Part shown: one piece after another, positions 60,690 through 64,000 of the stretch | Numbering within the stretch: position 1 is the first letter of the stretch | Layout of the letters: each line of letters begins with the position of its first letter | Position numbers and translations under genes: made by a program | The notes under the pieces: generated by a model | Seen by the model: only the letters and a program-made list of their open reading frames with translations | What the model was told of the DNA's origin: nothing | Database searches by the model: none | Assembly (NCBI GenBank): GCA_963747025.1 | Contig: CAVVDJ010000002.1 | Location: forward strand, 19,376-83,375 | Length of the DNA stretch: 64,000 nucleotides | Direction of reading: 5' to 3' | Origin: an uncultured beta proteobacterium | Lineage (GTDB): Bacteria; Pseudomonadota; Gammaproteobacteria; Burkholderiales; SHXO01

Positions 60690-60886
60690 CCGAATAAGGC
60701 CCCCCGCAAATGCCGTCAGGCCGGCTTCTTGAACCTGAGGTTCAAGGTGGTCGCTTTCCGAGCACATCAGGCGCTTCCGGGTCGGACGCGCACAACAGCG
60801 CTACTTTGGGCCGCAACCAGGCTTACGACATTGGTTCACAGAATTTACAGCCTGGACAAACACCGCAGGGGGTAACTCTGATTTCT
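60690..60886 (-). ncRNA. ssrS: 6S RNA (ends approximate)
   Basis: Bottom strand contains ...CGACCACCUUGAACCUCAGGUUCAAGAAGCCGGCCUGACGGCAUUUGCGGGGGG. This parallels E. coli 6S ...CACCUUGAACCAAGGGUUCAAGGGUUACAGCCUGCGGCGGCAU. The 5' arm AGAAAUCAGAGUUACCCCCUGCGGUGUUUGUCCAGGC can pair with the 3' arm. The position immediately downstream of zapA is the conserved one. Confidence 0.82.
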
Positions 60887-60940
60887 GGCGGCGACGAGAC
60901 ATAACCTACACGCTGCCGCGCGCCGCCCACCAAGCAAGAC

Positions 60941-61252
60941 CTAGAACAGATCTTCTTGCGCGGACATGGCCTCGTCGATCACTGCCGCCATGCCGCGCAT
61001 TCTACGCTTGAACTCCGACATGTCAAACCCGCTGCCAGCTCTCGTCGACAGCAGCTCGTGCGCGATGTTGAGGGCAGCAAGAATGGCGATGCGCTCCCCT
61101 CCGATCACCTTGCCGCTGTCGCGGATCTCGCGCATCTTGGCGTCCAGATACTGTACTGCCTTCAGGAGATCGTCCCGCTCCTCTTCCTTGCACGCGATGC
61201 GGAGCTTTCGATCTAGGACGGTGACTTCGATGCCTCGTCCATCCGATTTCAC
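60941..61252 (-). CDS. zapA: Cell division protein ZapA
   Basis: 103 aa from GTG 61252: IEVTVLDRKLRIACKEEERDDLLKAVQYLDAKMREIRDSGKVIGGERIAILAALNIAHELL. The start overlaps the stop of the upstream gene (GTGA). Confidence 0.88.
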   Translation of the reverse strand: MKSDGRGIEVTVLDRKLRIACKEEERDDLLKAVQYLDAKMREIRDSGKVIGGERIAILAALNIAHELLSTRAGSGFDMSEFKRRMRGMAAVIDEAMSAQEDLF

Positions 61253-61449
61253 CCCCCGTCTTCGGGTAGCCGGCTCAGAAGACTCTCCAGGCGTGCCCGT
61301 GCGGTCTCGATCTTCTCCGTCAGCTGTTTGCTTTCGTTCTGTGCCGCGGCCAGCTGTTGACGTAACTCGTGGTTGTCTTTGCGAAGACGATGGCATAGCT
61401 GTACGAGCTGGTTGAGTTTTGCGTCGAGGGAATCGAGCTCCGCTTCCAT
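61249..61449 (-). CDS. Small coiled-coil protein (ZapB-like / TIGR02449-type), translationally coupled to zapA
   Basis: 66 aa: MEAELDSLDAKLNQLVQLCHRLRKDNHELRQQLAAAQNESKQLTEKIETARARLESLLSRLPEDGG, with heptad-like spacing. The family name is from memory. Confidence 0.65.
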   Translation of the reverse strand: MEAELDSLDAKLNQLVQLCHRLRKDNHELRQQLAAAQNESKQLTEKIETARARLESLLSRLPEDGG

Positions 61450-61455
61450 CGCCAC

Positions 61456-61485
61456 ACTATAGTTACAAAAAACTTGATAAGTCAA
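61456..61485 (-). promoter_or_regulatory. Putative sigma-70 promoter of the zapB-like/zapA/ssrS unit
   Basis: Bottom strand TTGACT (61480-61485), an 18-nt spacer, then TATAGT (61456-61461). The -10 ends only 6 nt before the ATG at 61449. The -35 overlaps the palindrome AACTGTTAACAGTT (61484-61497). Confidence 0.4.
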
Positions 61486-62174
61486 CTGTTAACAGTTTTT
61501 TTTGAATGTTCTTTGGTACATCGTTTGCTCGCCATCACGACCCCCTTTTCGGTTGCCCGCCGGAGCCCGCAATCTCGGCGCACAAGATGATCGGCTATCC
61601 GGTCAAGCGCTTTAGGCAAAAGACGAACCAGGAACTGCTCCGCTGCAGCCGGGCGACGGCGCGCGGGGCGGTTTGCATCGCCTCGGCAAGCTCCAGGTGT
61701 GACCGGCTTCGTTCGTGGGAAGGCAAGCAAGCGTCTGGTCCGGCCCTTCTCGCCTGCGACTTTGAAGCCTGAGCGACGCCCTGGGGATGTTCAGGGTGTC
61801 GATCAATTGCCGTTACAACCCGAGAGGCCGTTCATGGTTCAGGCCGCTCAAGACTTCTTCGACAGGAAGTGCATTTGCCTCCGCTGTGGGCAGTGTGGCG
61901 ATGCGGCACTCGACAGATTTGAGGCTACTTGTCGGCACTCAACTGCCGGCGTGCGGATCATGTGCCGTAACTGGGAGCGCGCGGCTTGCTACAATCCGTC
62001 CGCTTCGTCCGTGTTGCCTGCATTGGAGCGGGTTCCGTGGCAACGCGGTGGCTGGTGGGTGTACGTCCGCCGGTTAGCCGAGATGTCGTCCCAACCGCCG
62101 TCACCAGAGGGTAAAGTTCGCCCTGGTGGTGGAAGCACCGCAGTCATGTCGTCATAACGCTGAGCAGACTAAGG

Positions 62175-63344
62175 GTGAGATCCAACTCGTTGCCCAACGC
62201 ATTGGGCGCATTGATCGTGGGCTTTGCAGTCGTCCTGGCTGCCCAGCCGCCCGCGTTAGCTCGGATCGAGAAGATTGGAAAGAGCGAAGGCGTGGTCGAC
62301 ATCCTCGCATGGCCCAGCTATTTGGAACGCGGGGAGACCGACAAGAATTACGACTGGGTCACGGATTTCGAGACGAAGACCGGGTGCAAGGTCAACGTCA
62401 GGACGGCTACCACCTCGGAAGAGATGCTGGCGCTGATGAGCGAGGGCGGCTTCGATCTCGTGACTGCCTCAGGAGACGTGAGCCTACGCCTGATTGCGGC
62501 TGGATATGTGCAGGACATCAACACCAGCCTCATACCCAGCTACGCGAACATCGACCCGCGTTTGCAAAAGGCGCCCTGGCACTTCGTCAACGGAAAGAAC
62601 TTCGGAGTGCCATACCAGTGGGGTTCGAACCTGCTTGCCTATAGCAGCAGCGTGTTCAAGACCCCGCCGAAGAGCTGGGAAGTGGTGTTTGTCCCCATGC
62701 AACTGCCGGATGGCAAGTCTAACCAAGGTCGGGTCCAGGCGTTCGACGGTGCAATCTATATCGCTGACGCCGCGTTGTACCTGATGTCCAGCAAACCGGA
62801 GCTGGGCATCAAGGATCCGTACGCGTTGGACGAGAAACAGTACCAGGCGGTGCTCGAATTGCTGCGCGAGCAGCGCAAGCTGGTAGGACGCTACTGGCAC
62901 GATGCCCGCGTGCAGATCGACGATTTCCGCAACGCAACGGTAGCCGCTTCATCCTCCTGGGCGTTCCAGGTCAACTTTCTGCGCTCCGAAGGTAAGCCAA
63001 TCAGCAGCGTAGTGCCGAAGGAGGGTGCAACCGGATGGGCTGACACCACGATGATGCATGTGAACGCCAAGCATCCCAATTGTGCCTACTTGTGGCTGGA
63101 ACACTCCCTCGACCCCAAGGTGCAAGGGGATCTCGCAGCTCGATTCGGGTCGGTGCCCGTGGTGCCATCGGCGTGCAAGGGTAACAAGTTGCTTGGCGAC
63201 AAGGGTTGCGAAACCAACGGAATGAAGGAGTTCGACCGCCTGTGGTTCTGGCGCACCCCCACGGTGGAGTGTGGCGGCGGGCGGAACTGCGTTGGCTACT
63301 CGCGTTGGGTTGCCGACTACGCCGCCGTCGTTGCAGGGCGTTGA
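62175..63344 (+). CDS. Periplasmic solute-binding protein, PotD/PotF (polyamine-type) family, with no adjacent permease or ATPase
   Basis: Intact 389 aa from GTG 62175. Signal peptide MRSNSLPNALGALIVGFAVVLAAQPPALA, then VDILAWPSYLE...DLVTASGDVSLRLIAAGYVQDIN...FGVPYQWGSNLLAYS...ATGWADTTMM. Confidence 0.75.
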   Translation: MRSNSLPNALGALIVGFAVVLAAQPPALARIEKIGKSEGVVDILAWPSYLERGETDKNYDWVTDFETKTGCKVNVRTATTSEEMLALMSEGGFDLVTASGDVSLRLIAAGYVQDINTSLIPSYANIDPRLQKAPWHFVNGKNFGVPYQWGSNLLAYSSSVFKTPPKSWEVVFVPMQLPDGKSNQGRVQAFDGAIYIADAALYLMSSKPELGIKDPYALDEKQYQAVLELLREQRKLVGRYWHDARVQIDDFRNATVAASSSWAFQVNFLRSEGKPISSVVPKEGATGWADTTMMHVNAKHPNCAYLWLEHSLDPKVQGDLAARFGSVPVVPSACKGNKLLGDKGCETNGMKEFDRLWFWRTPTVECGGGRNCVGYSRWVADYAAVVAGR

Positions 63345-63477
63345 CACGCCCCGCCCTGGCGTCAAGGGGTCAATGTCCTCTCGGCGCCCCCGGGACATGG
63401 TCGGATTCCTAGTCGTAGTTTGCCTAATCCGAGCGCCTCTCCCTTGAAATTCCCGTGTTGAGTGCTATGGTGCGGCC

Positions 63478-64000
63478 ATGAGTGGCACCCGGCTTTACCT
63501 CCGCCTGCTGAGCTATGTGCGTCCCTACTGGCGCGTGTTCGCCGTGTCCATTGTCGGGATGCTCATTGTCGCGGCCACCGAAGTGGCGCTGCCGGCGGCG
63601 GCGCAGCCATTTTTGGACGGCACCTTCTTGCACAAGGACCCGGTGCTGATGCGCTGGGCGCCCTGGCTTATCGTCCTTCTGTTCGCCGTGCGGGGCACCG
63701 GCGCTTTCCTCGGGCAGTACGCCAGCAACTGGGTGTCGCTGCGGGTGATTATGGACTTGCGCCAGCAGATGTTCGGCCGGTTATTGACGCTGCCGCTCGG
63801 CTATTTCGCGGACAACTTGAGCGGAAAGCTGATCTCCAAGTTCACCTTCGACGTCATCCAGATCGCCGTCGCGGTGACTTACGTCGTGACGGTGCTGGTC
63901 CGCGATTCGGTCACCATCGCTGCGTTGCTGGCGTATCTGTTGTGGCTGAACTGGCAGCTGACACTGATCACGTTTGTCATGATTCCGCCGATCGCAATCG
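63478..64000 (+). CDS. msbA: ABC exporter (MsbA-like lipid A flippase), N-terminal transmembrane domain; the 3' end lies outside the window
   Basis: The frame is open from ATG 63478 to the window end, so it is not in the ORF track. MSGTRLYLRLLSYVRPYWRVFAVSIVGMLIVAATEVALPAAAQPFLDGTF...LRQQMFGRLLTLPLGYFADNLSGKLISKFTFDV is typical of a type-1 ABC exporter TMD. Confidence 0.65.
   Translation, partial: MSGTRLYLRLLSYVRPYWRVFAVSIVGMLIVAATEVALPAAAQPFLDGTFLHKDPVLMRWAPWLIVLLFAVRGTGAFLGQYASNWVSLRVIMDLRQQMFGRLLTLPLGYFADNLSGKLISKFTFDVIQIAVAVTYVVTVLVRDSVTIAALLAYLLWLNWQLTLITFVMIPPIAI

Noticed and set aside
61699-62157. A 152-aa Cys-rich ORF (CICLRCGQCG...CRHS...MCRNWERAAC) as a novel small zinc-binding protein.
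   Set aside because: It has weak third-position GC bias and frequent rare codons compared with neighbouring genes, no ribosome-binding site, and overlapping ORFs of similar length in other frames. It was kept only as part of the unassigned-region finding.
61985-62174. Riboswitch (TPP or cobalamin) in the leader of the PotD-type binding protein gene.
   Set aside because: I could not find the THI-box (CUGAGA...ACCUGAUCUGGAUAAUGCCAGCG) or a B12 box (GCCACUG), and no terminator or anti-terminator pair. This is left as unassigned leader pending a covariance-model scan.

Overview
This is a GC-rich (about 60-65% by eye) proteobacterial chromosomal segment spanning the replication-origin neighbourhood. 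Gene order looks betaproteobacterial, but that is inference only. Almost all content is conserved housekeeping.

Gene blocks, left to right:
- A truncated zinc peptidase.
- A glyoxylate/glycolate-type block: cupin, small membrane protein and a ~990-aa FAD/Fe-S oxidoreductase, divergent from a class-V aminotransferase.
- tsaC and purC-purK-purE.
- pyk-pgk-gap, a glucose-type ABC importer, and glk-tkt.
- ntrX-ntrY-DUF4390.
- rsmB-fmt-def, divergent from LysM-dprA-topA.
- gyrB-dnaN-dnaA, divergent from rpmH-rnpA-yidD-yidC-mnmE.
- mnmG-rsmG-parA-parB and the complete atpIBEFHAGDC operon.
- An operon of an M20 peptidase, a fused MdcD/MdcE-like carboxyltransferase and a MatB-like ligase.
- A TauE exporter and an EVE protein.
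- ssrS (6S RNA) downstream of a zapB-like gene and zapA.
- An orphan PotD-type binding protein and the 5' part of an msbA-like exporter.

Non-coding elements I can support:
- Two perfect parS palindromes between mnmE and mnmG.
- DnaA boxes plus an AT-rich tract in the dnaA-dnaN spacer, and a consensus DnaA box upstream of dnaA.
- 6S RNA with its terminator, and the atp operon terminator.
- A REP-like double-hairpin repeat with a relic gap 3' end between gap and pgk.

Main caveat: about 26 conserved genes can only be read by switching frame. By manual count there are roughly 55 apparent indels and one in-frame TAG, densest at 18.8-22.3 kb. Assembly or sequencing indels are the most economical explanation, so boundaries of the affected genes are reconstructions.

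I found no tRNA or rRNA, CRISPR array, transposase or integrase, prophage, or recognisable defence island, and no convincing novel multi-gene system. The least ordinary loci are the MdcDE-like/MatB operon, the gap relic and the unassigned 61.5-62.2 kb spacer.
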